A stretch of 64,000 bases of DNA from positions 128,001 to 192,000 of the forward strand of contig CAWKKR010000007.1 of NCBI GenBank assembly GCA_963850305.1. The letters run 5' to 3'. This DNA comes from an uncultured delta proteobacterium. Its GTDB lineage: Bacteria > Myxococcota_A > Polyangia > Polyangiales > Polyangiaceae. The translations under genes were made by a program, and so were the position numbers. The notes under the pieces were generated by a model. It made no database searches. It saw only the letters and a list, made by a program, of their open reading frames with translations, and had not been told where the DNA came from. Positions within the stretch are counted from its first letter, which is position 1. Each line of letters starts with the position of its first letter. Below are positions 51,116-61,572 of the stretch, in pieces.

Positions 51116-52072
51116 TTACCGCGCTTGCCCCGCGCGCGCCCGTTCCTGCATCTGTTTGAGCATCGCGGCAGCGGCGGGCGGCATCTGGACCCCTGGCGGA
51201 AGCGTCACTCCGGGCGGGAGCTGCACGCCGGGTGGGAGTTGCATCCCTGGCGGCATTCCGGAGGGCATCGTCCCAGGCGGCCCGCCTCCCATGAAGCCCC
51301 CCATCGTCTGCATCAGCGCGCCGAGATCCATCACCTTGTAGTCCGCGGGGATCGCAAAGACCGAATCCTCCACCGGCTTCTTCTCGAGCTTCTCGACCTC
51401 GAGACGATCTTCTTCTGCCCCGGACGTGTCGTACCCGACGAAGCGCAAGGGCAGGTGCTGTCCGTCGAACAACTCTTTCGCGTAAGCTTGATCCACGGGC
51501 AGCGAGAGCGTCGGCATCGAGAACCAGGACGTGGTCTCCTTGGCCACGCAGAGCTGCGCGCGTTCGCCCTTCGTGTTCACGATGTTCCAATCCTCGCAGG
51601 AGTAGCCGGCGACCGTCTCCGTCTTGCCCGTCTTCGTGACCTGCGGCGGCGCCTCGGGCTCGGTCTGGTGTCGGCGCCATCCCTTCATTCGATCTCCGAT
51701 ACCCGAGAGATCCATCTCGACGACCTGCTTCTGCTCATCGATGATCGCGTAAAGCTTCTTCGTTCCCGTATCGACGACCACGTACGCCTTCTCGGCCAGG
51801 CGAGGCCCCTGATCGAGCCCTTCGGGGACCGTGAACCGCATCTTCGCCCCCTTGACGAACAGGGTGATGGGGGGGATCGGCTTCGCTCGTTTCGCGGACT
51901 TGGCGATGATGTCAATCTCGCCTTCGAAGCCATTCAACGCGCCGGGTGCGGCGCTCGTGGGTGCCGCGGAGGCCGCGGCCGTCGCGGACACGGCTTCCGC
52001 AGGCGCCGGCTCGCTCTTCTTGCAGCCGACGAGGAGGAGTAGCGGGACGTACGCTAGGATTCTGGTCTTCAC
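51116..52072 (-). CDS. DUF4412-like lipoprotein with PPG-repeat tail
   Basis: Lipobox [31 protein letters not shown] 7 nt before the GTG. Confidence 0.8.
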   Translation of the reverse strand: MKTRILAYVPLLLLVGCKKSEPAPAEAVSATAAASAAPTSAAPGALNGFEGEIDIIAKSAKRAKPIPPITLFVKGAKMRFTVPEGLDQGPRLAEKAYVVVDTGTKKLYAIIDEQKQVVEMDLSGIGDRMKGWRRHQTEPEAPPQVTKTGKTETVAGYSCEDWNIVNTKGERAQLCVAKETTSWFSMPTLSLPVDQAYAKELFDGQHLPLRFVGYDTSGAEEDRLEVEKLEKKPVEDSVFAIPADYKVMDLGALMQTMGGFMGGGPPGTMPSGMPPGMQLPPGVQLPPGVTLPPGVQMPPAAAAMLKQMQERARAGQAR

Positions 52073-52115
52073 GGCGGCAATCATACCGTCTTGCCGTCCC
52101 GTTGCGTCCGGAATC

Positions 52116-53327
52116 TCAGCTGACGCGCGCGAGCACGTGAGCAAGCCGTTGATAGAGCCGAGCCGCCAGCTCCGTGCTCGTCGCGCAGACCTCGCGGAAA
52201 TCGTCGGCGCGGATCCGGAGCGCTCGCGTCCGCTCACCCGCACGGCACAGGGACGTTCCCTGGCCGCCGCCGGCGAGCGACTCCGGGTAGACGAGTGAGG
52301 AGGGTCCGAGGGTCCACCCGCTCGGCGCGTCGATGCGACCCTCGAGCACGATGTAACCGACGCGATCGGCCGTGAAAAACCGTGGAACCGTCTCTCCCGG
52401 GTCGAATTCGACTTCGACGGCCGCCTTGAGTGCTCGGGCAACGAGCTCGCGCGACACACCGGAGAGGAGCGCCGAGTGCGCCGCGAACGCCCCGTCCCGC
52501 GCAGAGAGTCCGTCGTCCGATGCCGTCCGGTCCGTGCGCCGCGCGCCAATCTCGACGACCAGCGCCGTTGCGTTGTCCCTGCCCCCTCGTTCGAGGGCCG
52601 CGTTGACCAGCGCAATGGCCGTGTCTTCCGTCGGTCCGCTCCGCGTCAGCTCGCTGATCACGCTCTCGTCGTCGAGCTCTCCGTGCACGCCGTCCGTGCA
52701 CAGGAGCAGGCGGTCGCCCTCCGCGAGCTCGACGAAGACTTCTTCCGCGCGGACGCCGCTCTTGCCGCCCACCGCGTTCGTCAGGACGTTGCGCGGCGCC
52801 GGGGGTTCCGACGGTGACACGAGGCCGCGCGCGACGAGCGAGCCGTGCATCGTGTGGTCCTGCGTGAGCTGAATCGTGGTCGTCGGACGGGCGAGGTACG
52901 TCCTCGCGTCGCCGACGTGCACCAGGAATGCCTTGGTTCCCAGGAGCAGCGCGACGTCCAGGGTGGAGCCCATTCCATGTCGCCGGGCATCGCGCGCAGC
53001 GCTCTCGATGACGGCCGCATGCGCGCGATCCACGCCCGCCTCGAGCACGCCGAACACGGCGCGGCGAGCGTCGAGCGTCGGTGCCCGGACGAAGTCGTCG
53101 AGCACCTTCAGCGACTCCGTCAATCGAAGCGACTTTCCGACCTCATCGACGGCGACGCGTGCGGCTACCTCGCCCGCGGCATGTCCGCCCATGCCGTCCG
53201 CGACGGCAAGAAGACCAAGCCCCGGATCGGCGCGCCACACGTCCTCGTTCGACGAGCGCACTCGTCCGATGTGGGAGATGCCCGCAAAGTCGACGAGATG
53301 ATCGAACCTCGGAACGGACCAAGACAT
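52116..53327 (-). CDS. PP2C Ser/Thr phosphatase with degenerate cNMP-binding domain
   Basis: GRVRSSNED, VADGMGG, HVGDAR, LCTDG, GGRDNAT. Confidence 0.92.
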   Translation of the reverse strand: MSWSVPRFDHLVDFAGISHIGRVRSSNEDVWRADPGLGLLAVADGMGGHAAGEVAARVAVDEVGKSLRLTESLKVLDDFVRAPTLDARRAVFGVLEAGVDRAHAAVIESAARDARRHGMGSTLDVALLLGTKAFLVHVGDARTYLARPTTTIQLTQDHTMHGSLVARGLVSPSEPPAPRNVLTNAVGGKSGVRAEEVFVELAEGDRLLLCTDGVHGELDDESVISELTRSGPTEDTAIALVNAALERGGRDNATALVVEIGARRTDRTASDDGLSARDGAFAAHSALLSGVSRELVARALKAAVEVEFDPGETVPRFFTADRVGYIVLEGRIDAPSGWTLGPSSLVYPESLAGGGQGTSLCRAGERTRALRIRADDFREVCATSTELAARLYQRLAHVLARVS

Positions 53328-53402
53328 AATCCGCCAGCCTACACGAGTCCGCGCGTCAGCGGGGAGCCGTCAGACGCGAGCGGTTTCCGGAGCTCTCTCT
53401 CC

Positions 53403-53446
53403 AGCTTGAGCTTGAGCTTGCCTTGCCTTGCCTTGCCTCGCCTAGC
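53403..53446. repeat. Short simple repeats (AGCTTG)3 and (CCTTG)3+
   Basis: agcttgagcttgagcttgccttgccttgccttgcctcgcctag just past the purE stop. Confidence 0.7.
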
Positions 53447-53942
53447 CCGTCGGGTCGGAACCCTCGAGGATCTTCCTGGTCTGGGCGGAGCGGAAGCGCT
53501 CGAGAGCCTGACGCACGTCCTCGTACTTGTTCGCCAGCATGGCGGCGGCAAAGAGCGCCGCGTTGATCGCGCCCGGCTTCCCGACGGCGAGCGTGCCCAC
53601 CGGGATGCCCGCGGGCATCTGAACCATGGACAGCAACGAGTCGAGCCCGGTGAGAAGCTTGCTCTCCATCGGCACGCCGAGGACCGGAAGGCGTGTCTTC
53701 GCCGCGATCACCCCCGCGAGGTGCGCCGCGCCGCCGGCGGCCGCTATGACCACCTCTACCCCGCGGCCTTCGAGCGCGGCGGCCCACTCAATCGTGGCGT
53801 CCGGCGTCCGGTGGGCCGAGTAGACCCGCGCTTCGTTCGCGACGCTCAGCTCTTTCAACGTGTCGACCGTATGGCGCATGGTTTCCCAGTCGCTCTTCGA
53901 GCCCATCACCACGGCCACCAGAAGTTTGTTTTCCGCTTTCAC
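53442..53942 (-). CDS. purE: N5-CAIR mutase
   Basis: MGSKSDW, SAHRTP, AGGAAHLAG, SLLSMVQMPAGIPV; GAAGGAG RBS. Confidence 0.96.
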   Translation of the reverse strand: MKAENKLLVAVVMGSKSDWETMRHTVDTLKELSVANEARVYSAHRTPDATIEWAAALEGRGVEVVIAAAGGAAHLAGVIAAKTRLPVLGVPMESKLLTGLDSLLSMVQMPAGIPVGTLAVGKPGAINAALFAAAMLANKYEDVRQALERFRSAQTRKILEGSDPTG

Positions 53943-53996
53943 CGTCGAGGTCGCTCCTTCGTGGGGACGCGATAAGCTAAAGTCGTGCCTCTTGCA

Positions 53997-55025
53997 ATGG
54001 CGTCTCGAACTCGCGCGGTCGGTTTGGCCGTGATTCTCGCCGGCTGCGGCCCGAAAGCACCGTCCGTTGCGGCTCCGGTCGTCCCGGCGAAGACGACCCG
54101 CGTGGCCCTGCCTGCACCCGCGGCGGCCCTGCCACCCGCGACCGCGGACGAGCAGGAACTCGCGGCGCGGCTGCGGGCGACGGTGCAGCATTTTGCCGTC
54201 GAGGTCGGCGAGCGCAACGGCACGCAATCATGGAACCTCGCGACCGCGACGGATGACATCGCGCGCACGCTCGAGAAGATGGGCTACGAGGTGCGCCGTC
54301 AGGGGCTCATCGTCGGGGCCGACGACGCCGTGGTCCAGAACGTGGAGGTCCACGTCTCCGGCGGCAAACACGGCGATCAGACGATCGTCGTCGGGGCGCA
54401 CTTCGATTCTCACCCTGGCACGCCTGGCGCGGACGATGACGCGAGCGGCGTCGCCGCAGTGCTCGAGCTTGCTCGGGTGTTCCGCGATCAGAGGCTCGAG
54501 CGTACGCTCCGATTCGTGTTCTTCACGAACGAAGAAGAACCGGATCTGAAGACCGATCACATGGGGAGCCTCGCGTACGCCAAAGACCTCGTCACGCAAG
54601 GTCTCGAGGTCGTGGGGATGCTGAACATCGACGGGATCGGCGCATTTTCGGTCGCGCCCGGGAGTCAGAGGGAGCCGGCAGAGTCGGGGACGCACTACCC
54701 GTCGACGGCCGACTTCCTGGCGATCGTCGGCAACGAGCCGTCTCGAGCGTTTCTGGAGCGGGTCACGGCGTCGATGAAGAAGCACACCGCGGTCCCCGTG
54801 TTCGGTGACGTTTTTGCCGCCGAGACTCCCTTCAGCGCATCGTCCGATCACTGGTCGTTCTGGAGGGTGGGGATCCCGGCCGTCATGATCACCGATACGG
54901 CGCCGCTCAGATACGTCGATTACCATCAGAAGACGGACCTTCCCGACCGGCTCGACTTCGATCGGATGTCGCGGGTCGTGGCCGGTATCCGCGACATGCT
55001 CGAGGACGTGGCCGAGGGCGGGTAA
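53997..55025 (+). CDS. M28 family peptidase lipoprotein
   Basis: Lipobox LAGC, GAHFD, GADDDASG, NEEE, SDH, YH..TD. Confidence 0.92.
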   Translation: MASRTRAVGLAVILAGCGPKAPSVAAPVVPAKTTRVALPAPAAALPPATADEQELAARLRATVQHFAVEVGERNGTQSWNLATATDDIARTLEKMGYEVRRQGLIVGADDAVVQNVEVHVSGGKHGDQTIVVGAHFDSHPGTPGADDDASGVAAVLELARVFRDQRLERTLRFVFFTNEEEPDLKTDHMGSLAYAKDLVTQGLEVVGMLNIDGIGAFSVAPGSQREPAESGTHYPSTADFLAIVGNEPSRAFLERVTASMKKHTAVPVFGDVFAAETPFSASSDHWSFWRVGIPAVMITDTAPLRYVDYHQKTDLPDRLDFDRMSRVVAGIRDMLEDVAEGG

Positions 55026-55049
55026 CCGGCGACGCCGGGCTCGCACCCG

Positions 55050-55520
55050 TCACAGTGCGGCGATGACCCACACACCGAGTCGCGCGATCACCCCTGCCAG
55101 AAGGCCGGCGAGCAGATCGTCCGCCATGATTCCGAAGCCCACGGGCTTCGCATTCTCGGCGGCGCCGATCGGGCCCGGCTTGGTGATGTCGAACAGCCGG
55201 AAGAGCACGAAGGCCGCGACCATCGCGTAGGGACCGTTCCCTCGCACGAAAGCCATCGCGATGAGCACGCCTGCGACCTCGTCGATGACCACCCGCTGCG
55301 GATCCTCTTGCCCGAGCACTTTCGCGACTCGATGCGCGGCCCACGTTCCGACGGCCGTCAAGACCGCGATCCAAGCGACGTGAACCGCGATCGGCTCGCG
55401 TCGCAGCAGGAAGTGCAGCGGGACGGCGCCCAGCGAGCCCACCGTCCCGGGTGCCTTCTTCGACTCACCGCACCCGAACCACGTCCCGAGGACGAACGCC
55501 GTGCGGTCCGCCAGAGTCAT
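55050..55520 (-). CDS. pgpA: Phosphatidylglycerophosphatase A
   Basis: APGTVGS, DPQRVVIDEVAG, LFRLFDITKP, GIMADD. Confidence 0.95.
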   Translation of the reverse strand: MTLADRTAFVLGTWFGCGESKKAPGTVGSLGAVPLHFLLRREPIAVHVAWIAVLTAVGTWAAHRVAKVLGQEDPQRVVIDEVAGVLIAMAFVRGNGPYAMVAAFVLFRLFDITKPGPIGAAENAKPVGFGIMADDLLAGLLAGVIARLGVWVIAAL

Positions 55521-55522
55521 GG

Positions 55523-56152
55523 TCAATTGACGGTGCAACTCAGGGGGCGAGCCACCCAGGTCTTGTGCTCCGTCTGCCATGGGCTTCCGACGTCCCATCG
55601 CAGGCTCACGTTGTCGAAGCGCGTCAGGAACTTGACGTTGCAGGTGACGTCGAACCGCTGGAGGCGCTTCACCGGCGTGCCAATCGGCGGTTCGCGATGC
55701 AGGCGCATGGCAACGTCCGGCTGCGCCCAGAGTCCGACCAGGAGGATGAGCGCATTTTCCGGCGAGGTCCGATACGGCTGAATGATGTCCGGGCGATTGT
55801 CGTCCATCACTTCGCCCGTGCGCGGCCACTCGACTCGGTCGCCCCCGAAAGCGCAATGCGCGCCGTCGATCACCGTGGCCTGTCCGCAGGCCAGGCGCGT
55901 CGAATCCGCCGTGATCACGGTGACGCGGACCTTCGCGACGCCGCCCGCTTTCCACTGACCGAAATCCGTGTGCAGGTCGTCCGGCGGCGCGAGATGCGTC
56001 ATCACGTAATCGTTGAACTTCGGGTTAGCGATGAGCCCGAAGCCCAGCAGTATCGACACCGCGATCCACAGACGGCCGCCGAGGATCGGATTGAGCTCGA
56101 CGCCGGTGGGTGCCGGTGGCCGCGGCGGGATCGGCTTGGTGCCCTCTGCCAT
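55523..56152 (-). CDS. Membrane-anchored hypothetical protein
   Basis: Single TM then a Cys-containing domain; 2 nt upstream of pgpA. Confidence 0.7.
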   Translation of the reverse strand: MAEGTKPIPPRPPAPTGVELNPILGGRLWIAVSILLGFGLIANPKFNDYVMTHLAPPDDLHTDFGQWKAGGVAKVRVTVITADSTRLACGQATVIDGAHCAFGGDRVEWPRTGEVMDDNRPDIIQPYRTSPENALILLVGLWAQPDVAMRLHREPPIGTPVKRLQRFDVTCNVKFLTRFDNVSLRWDVGSPWQTEHKTWVARPLSCTVN

Positions 56153-56228
56153 CGCGCCTCTGATACCCCAAAACCCGCTGGTGCGTCACGCGCTTGGCGA
56201 TCCACGCGAAGGCCGGGGCGCCATCGGA

Positions 56229-56972
56229 TCAGCGGCAATCACCGAATACGGCCCGAAAGAGCGCGTCGGCGAGCCGGCGGTGCCCCTCGGGCCCGAAGTG
56301 GATCCCGTCCTTGAACGGTGCGGCATAGCGGTCGCAGAGTCTGTCCGGATCGCCGCACGAGAGCAGCGAATGGCCGTCCACGGCGAAGTCGACCGTCTTC
56401 GCTTCTGGTCGAGCGAGGATCCATCGATTCAGCTCGGCGGTGGTCCTGGCCCGTGCCGGGTCGAAGTAACGGCTAAACCCTCCCCACGGAGTTACCGTCA
56501 CCGCGACCACCTTCACGCCGTGCTCGCGTGCCGCGGCGTACATGGCAGCGAGGTCCGTCTCGATCTTCGTCACCGTTCGACCCGCCGTCAGATCGCTGTA
56601 GAGATCGTTCACGCCGCCGAACACGATGACGTGCGTGTACCGCGGCTTCGAAGGGTCGGGAGGGATGCCGAGAACGTCTGCGGCGAAGCGACGGCGCATC
56701 TGGTTCACCATCTGCCCTCCCACTCCGTAGCTGTCGAAACGGCTCTTCGGGCATCGCTCGGCGAGATCGCGCAGATAGAGGCCCCCGTGTGATCGCGGAT
56801 CCGTCAAAGAATCCCCCATGGCGGCGACGACATAGACCCGACCCGCGGTCCGCCCTCCGGACGCCGTTGCATGACCATCATCGGCCGCCGCGCTGCCGCC
56901 TCCCTTCCAGGTGGCTGCTGCGACCACTCCGATGGCCGCAGCCAGGGGAAGGCCACGCAACGTTCGACTCAT
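56229..56972 (-). CDS. SGNH/GDSL hydrolase
   Basis: GDSLT, GVGG, GGVND, DGIHF. Confidence 0.9.
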   Translation of the reverse strand: MSRTLRGLPLAAAIGVVAAATWKGGGSAAADDGHATASGGRTAGRVYVVAAMGDSLTDPRSHGGLYLRDLAERCPKSRFDSYGVGGQMVNQMRRRFAADVLGIPPDPSKPRYTHVIVFGGVNDLYSDLTAGRTVTKIETDLAAMYAAAREHGVKVVAVTVTPWGGFSRYFDPARARTTAELNRWILARPEAKTVDFAVDGHSLLSCGDPDRLCDRYAAPFKDGIHFGPEGHRRLADALFRAVFGDCR

Positions 56973-57412
56973 GCACGCATCTTCTTCACGACTTCTCCGA
57001 CGAGCTTTCCGTCCGCGACCACGCCGCTCGCCTTCAGAGCCTTCATCGCGATGCCCGTCGCCTGACCATCCGCGGGGGCGCTCCGGATCGCGGCTTCGAC
57101 AGGCCCGAGCGCCGCCCGCAGCTCGTTCTCGCCCAGCCCCTTCGGAAGCAGTGTTTCGAGGACGGCGATCTCCTGCTCGAGGACCGAACGCTGTTCGGCG
57201 CTCGGCGACGCCTCTAGCGTTTCGCGATTCGACTTGATGATCTTCCGGACGCACGCCTGTGCATCGGCGTCGGCCAACGGTTCCGCCACGTCTCCCTTGC
57301 GGGCTTGCTGCGTCTGAATCTCACCCAGCGCCACGCTGAGGATCTGCTTCTCCAGCGAGCGCCCGCCCTTGAGAGCCGCGAGCATCCGGGTCTTGATTTC
57401 GTCCACGAGCAT
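56969..57412 (-). CDS. GatB/YqeY domain protein
   Basis: MLAALK..., EIAVLETLLPK.L, G.AMKALK....DGK.V; ATGA overlap with the SGNH gene. Confidence 0.88.
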   Translation of the reverse strand: MLVDEIKTRMLAALKGGRSLEKQILSVALGEIQTQQARKGDVAEPLADADAQACVRKIIKSNRETLEASPSAEQRSVLEQEIAVLETLLPKGLGENELRAALGPVEAAIRSAPADGQATGIAMKALKASGVVADGKLVGEVVKKMRA

Positions 57413-57572
57413 CCGCGGTGGATTAGCACCAAATCACCGCGGCGAATATCCGGCCCATCGCCTCGGCGAGTCCGCGGTATGCGTCTCGAGTTTCAGCGCC
57501 TCGACCAGGGACGCCTGCGATGGTGCGCCGCAGCCACCAATTCTCGGGAACGACCGCGAGCCATCACCGCCC

Positions 57573-58601
57573 TCACTTGGTGCAGACGTTCGACGTGCAC
57601 TTGTTGCTCGAGCAATCGGTCGGGAGCGTGCACGCCTTGCCTGGCTCGCAGCGCGGGCAGGCTGGTCCTCCGCAATCGACGTCCGTTTCGAAGCCGTCTT
57701 GCTTGCCGTTTTGGCAGGCACCGACGCACTGCGCGTTGTCCCCCTGGACGATGCAGGAGCTCAGCAGGACCAACGTGCACTGCGTGAGCGGCGTCACTCC
57801 GCTCCCGGTATCGTTGCACTGCACGACGAGGTCACCGTTGCACGATTGCTGCGCGGGCTTGCAGGTCTCCGGCACGCAGGCGCCTGATTCGCAGTATTCG
57901 CCCGACTTGCAGTCCGAGTCTGCGACGCACTGGGTGCACTGGCCGTAGAAACCGATGCCCTGATTGCAGAGCATGTGCTGAGCAGTGCAGTCGTTGTCCG
58001 AGCTGCAAGACACGTGGCAAACCCGATTCGTGCACACCTTGCCGTCACCGCAGTCCGCGTCGCCGGTGCACTGAACGCAGACGCCATTCTCCTGATCGCA
58101 AATCGATTCGCCTCCTGGTGCCGACGCGCAGTCGAGGCTGTTCTGGCACTTGGGTAACCCGGTGCAGATGGTGTTCTCGCACTGCTCCGTGGGTCCGCAC
58201 TGCAGGTTCGTGTGGCACGCGATGCATTTGCCCGTGATCGCCTGACAGAGCGGGGTGCCCGCCACATCCGCGCAGTCGGCGTTCGTGCGACACGGTGGCA
58301 AAGCGACGGCTCCGTCTGCCAATGCCATCCCACCGTCATGCGCGCCGGCGTCGGTGCTCGTTCCACCTGAAGCGGCGGTGGCGCCGCCCGCAGACGTGTC
58401 GCCGCCGTTACCGAGGGCGCCTCCCGAGCTTGTGTCCGCCCCGCCGCTCTCCGCGGAGCCGCCGCCCGAACTGGCGTCTGGTCCCCCTGAGAACGCGCCG
58501 CCGGTTTCGAAACCAGACTGCGTCTTGTGGTGGCCAGTGCACCCCGCCGCCAGGAGAGAAAGGATCAAGCAGCATCGAACCAAGGACGTCGAATGGATCA
58601 T
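57573..58601 (-). CDS. Cys-rich lipoprotein with CxxDxDC repeats
   Basis: Lipobox AAGC; CQNGKQDGFETDVDCGGPAC module. Confidence 0.8.
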   Translation of the reverse strand: MIHSTSLVRCCLILSLLAAGCTGHHKTQSGFETGGAFSGGPDASSGGGSAESGGADTSSGGALGNGGDTSAGGATAASGGTSTDAGAHDGGMALADGAVALPPCRTNADCADVAGTPLCQAITGKCIACHTNLQCGPTEQCENTICTGLPKCQNSLDCASAPGGESICDQENGVCVQCTGDADCGDGKVCTNRVCHVSCSSDNDCTAQHMLCNQGIGFYGQCTQCVADSDCKSGEYCESGACVPETCKPAQQSCNGDLVVQCNDTGSGVTPLTQCTLVLLSSCIVQGDNAQCVGACQNGKQDGFETDVDCGGPACPRCEPGKACTLPTDCSSNKCTSNVCTK

Positions 58602-58898
58602 GTCGGACCAGCCCTGAAGTAAAGGTTGCTCGAACCGCGTGCGCGCGACGACATCGCGCGCGTTGCCGCACCGACCCAGGTGTCGCGCGATTGCGCCTTG
58701 CGGGGGAAGGCGCGTTTCGTCTCGCGACAGAGTTAATGCCGCTCGTGAGCAAAACCGTCAGTGCACCGGGTGAATCTTCGCCTCGGGGGGCCGTGGAGCG
58801 ATGAGCCTTCGGGATTGGTCGGTCGGTCGGACCCGCCGGAGCCCGCCCCGCGCCCCCAATCCCGATGACCACGGCGCCGGGGTTCCCCGAAGGCAGGA

Positions 58899-59834
58899 CT
58901 AGTCCGTCTCGAGCCGCTCGGCCAAGAGCGCTTCGTCCACCAGGGCTCGGAGTTCGTCGTGCTTCGGATTGGGGAGCGCGGACTTGCGTGATACAGGGCG
59001 GGCGTCGAGCTCGGGCTCGCGCGGGGATTCGGCGAACCAGCGAAAGAGCCGCGGCTTGGATTCGGACAGCGAATAATCGCCCGCCGCGACGCGCGCCGGA
59101 TTGTGCTTCAACCGGTCGACGAGGGCGTCGTTCGATCGGACCCAATCCTGCGCATCGGTGAAGAGAGCCTTCTGCGTTACCCCGAGCTCGCGCGCCGCCG
59201 CTCGCGCCGGATGTTCACCGACGGCGATGAAGAGCGCCGCGAGCACCGCGAGTTCGTCCAACGATGCTCGGGTCACCTGCGCGACGCTCGGCCCACCACA
59301 TCCAGTCGAATAAATGTAAGCGCCCTCCATGAGGAGCACACCGAATCCGAGCGCCACCGCGGCGTAGTCCGCCGTCAGCTCCGCCGGCGCGTCCGGCGCG
59401 ACGCCGGCCGGCAGGGTCTCGACGAGAAAGACGTGCCCGAGGGCGCGGGCGACCATCGTCGTCAGGACCGTCGAATGCGAGAGCTCTTGCGACGGGATTC
59501 GCAGGCTCCAGCCGACGCCATCGTCCACGAGTCTCGGCCCGGAGCCGTCGGTCGCTGCCGGCACCGCGCAGCCGCTCGAGCAGCCGCCCTGTGCGCATCC
59601 AGAATCATCCGCGACGAGGACCGCGTTCAGGGGAATGTCTTCCATCCCGGCATGCATCGCCATCCGTTCGACGAGCCGTTCGGCAGACTCGTGGTCGCCC
59701 GTGAAGCGATCCGGGAAGAACGTCCCGTTCGGGAGCACGAGCGGGCGTGCGTCGAGACCCGCGCCCGGGAGGCAACGCAGCCGAGCGTAGCGCTCCACGA
59801 TGCCCGAGAGTTCATGCCTGTCCGGAAGCTGCAT
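58899..59834 (-). CDS. Hypothetical protein with Cys cluster
   Basis: LVLPNGTFFPDRF, CAQGGCSSGC, YIYSTGCGGP; coding-like GC3. Confidence 0.7.
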   Translation of the reverse strand: MQLPDRHELSGIVERYARLRCLPGAGLDARPLVLPNGTFFPDRFTGDHESAERLVERMAMHAGMEDIPLNAVLVADDSGCAQGGCSSGCAVPAATDGSGPRLVDDGVGWSLRIPSQELSHSTVLTTMVARALGHVFLVETLPAGVAPDAPAELTADYAAVALGFGVLLMEGAYIYSTGCGGPSVAQVTRASLDELAVLAALFIAVGEHPARAAARELGVTQKALFTDAQDWVRSNDALVDRLKHNPARVAAGDYSLSESKPRLFRWFAESPREPELDARPVSRKSALPNPKHDELRALVDEALLAERLETD

Positions 59835-59910
59835 CCGGTGAAATTCTTGGCAGGCGCGGAGCGGGAGTCAATGCTCCTCGCGTGACGGGCCACGGATCGC
59901 GTTGTAGGCT

Positions 59911-61572
59911 TTGGGGCTTTTGATGGAACGGGGCGCCCTCGAAGACCGCATCGCGGTGCTCGAGCGTCGGGTCGCGGAGCTCGATGCCGAGCTGGAAAGC
60001 GCGATCAGCGACGCGACGGCGTTTCGTGCGCTGGTGAGTTTGCCGTTGCCGCCCGTCGGTTTCGCGGAGCGAGAGGCATTGCTGCTCGAGACCGAACGCG
60101 CCGCGAAGCTGGGGACCTGGGTCTGGGACACCAAGACGAATTCGGTGACGTGGTCTCGCGTGCTCTACACGATCCTGGGTTACGATCCGGAACGCGACCG
60201 CCCATCGACGGAAGCGTTCTTTCTCGCCGTCCACCCGGAGGATCGGGAGCGAATTCGCGGTGTCTCGGCCGAGAACGCCCGCACGGGGGCTTCTCACGCG
60301 GAAGAGTGCCGGATACTCCGCAAGAACGGCGAGGTGCGCGAGATCGTTCTCGACGGCACGTACATGCAGGACGAGAGCGGTGGGTTCGTCGGCTTCGTGG
60401 GCACCGTCACCGACGTCACGGAGCGCAACGTCGCCGCGCGCGCACTGCGAAGAAGCGAAGCGTTGCTCCGCCACGCCCAGCGGATCGCACACATGGGAAG
60501 CTGGCGATGGGAATTTGCCGGGAACCGGGTCGAGTGGTCGGAAGAGCTCTACGCCATTCTCGGCATCGAACGCAGCGTCGTACCGACCCCCGAGCTCTTC
60601 TACGAGTCGGTACATCCCCATGATCGCCCACGTGCGCGCCGGGAGGCGGCTCTCGCGGCCCGCGGCGAGATCAACCTTCCGAGCGAGTACCGGGTATTGC
60701 GCTCCGGGACCGGCGTCCGGTGGGTTCGCATCGACTCCCGTCGTATCGAGGAGGCCGACGGCCGCGTTTCGGGCTTGATGGGTACGGTACTCGACGTCAC
60801 CGATCGGAGGCGCCTCGAGGAGCAGCTCCTCCAGTCTCAGAAGATGGAGGCGATCGGGCGGCTCGCGGGTGGCGTTGCGCACGACTTCAACAACCTCCTC
60901 ATGGTCATCCGAGGATACACGGCGCTGCTTCAGTCGCGAAATCCGATGGACGAACTCCAGCAGATTGGCGAGGCGGTGGATCGCGCCGCGACGCTGACCC
61001 ACCAGTTACTCGCGTTCAGCCGGCGCTCCGTCGTCTCCACCCGATTGATCGACCTCGACGGAGAGCTCGCCGGTGCAATCCGGCTCGCGCGCCCGCTGAT
61101 CGGCGATACGATCCACGTCCGGTTCGAGCTGGACGCACGGCCATGGCTCGTCAGGGCCGAGGCCGGGCAAATGAATCAGCTCATCCTGAACCTGGTGATC
61201 AACGCGCGCGATGCGATGCCAAACGGCGGCACCCTCTCCTTCTCGACCTCACGCGTCGTCCTCGGCCCCAGCTTCGTCGCGACTCATCCGGACGCCACCC
61301 TCGGCGAATACGTGCTCTTTTCGGTCGCCGACGACGGGACGGGGATGTCCGACGAGGTGAAGACGCGCGCGCTCGAGCCCTTCTTCACCACGAAGGAATG
61401 CGGGCGCGGCACGGGGCTCGGCCTCTCCACGGTCTTCGGTATCGTCCGACAGAGCGGCGGGTTCCTCGAACTCGAGTCGAAGGAGGGGCAGGGCACGACC
61501 ATCTCGGTCTACCTGCCGCGCGCGGAGGACGCTTCGCGCGCCGACTCAGCTCCCGCGCCGACGCCGCTCTAG
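59911..61572 (+). CDS. PAS-PAS sensor histidine kinase
   Basis: Two PAS domains (VHPEDR, VHPHDR), QKMEAIGRLAGGVAHDFNN, NLVINARDAM, FFTTK, GTGLGL. Confidence 0.95.
   Translation: MGLLMERGALEDRIAVLERRVAELDAELESAISDATAFRALVSLPLPPVGFAEREALLLETERAAKLGTWVWDTKTNSVTWSRVLYTILGYDPERDRPSTEAFFLAVHPEDRERIRGVSAENARTGASHAEECRILRKNGEVREIVLDGTYMQDESGGFVGFVGTVTDVTERNVAARALRRSEALLRHAQRIAHMGSWRWEFAGNRVEWSEELYAILGIERSVVPTPELFYESVHPHDRPRARREAALAARGEINLPSEYRVLRSGTGVRWVRIDSRRIEEADGRVSGLMGTVLDVTDRRRLEEQLLQSQKMEAIGRLAGGVAHDFNNLLMVIRGYTALLQSRNPMDELQQIGEAVDRAATLTHQLLAFSRRSVVSTRLIDLDGELAGAIRLARPLIGDTIHVRFELDARPWLVRAEAGQMNQLILNLVINARDAMPNGGTLSFSTSRVVLGPSFVATHPDATLGEYVLFSVADDGTGMSDEVKTRALEPFFTTKECGRGTGLGLSTVFGIVRQSGGFLELESKEGQGTTISVYLPRAEDASRADSAPAPTPL

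Noticed and set aside
53442..53942. purE without adjacent purK as a novelty
   Set aside because: Unlinked or absent purK is common and cannot be judged from one window.
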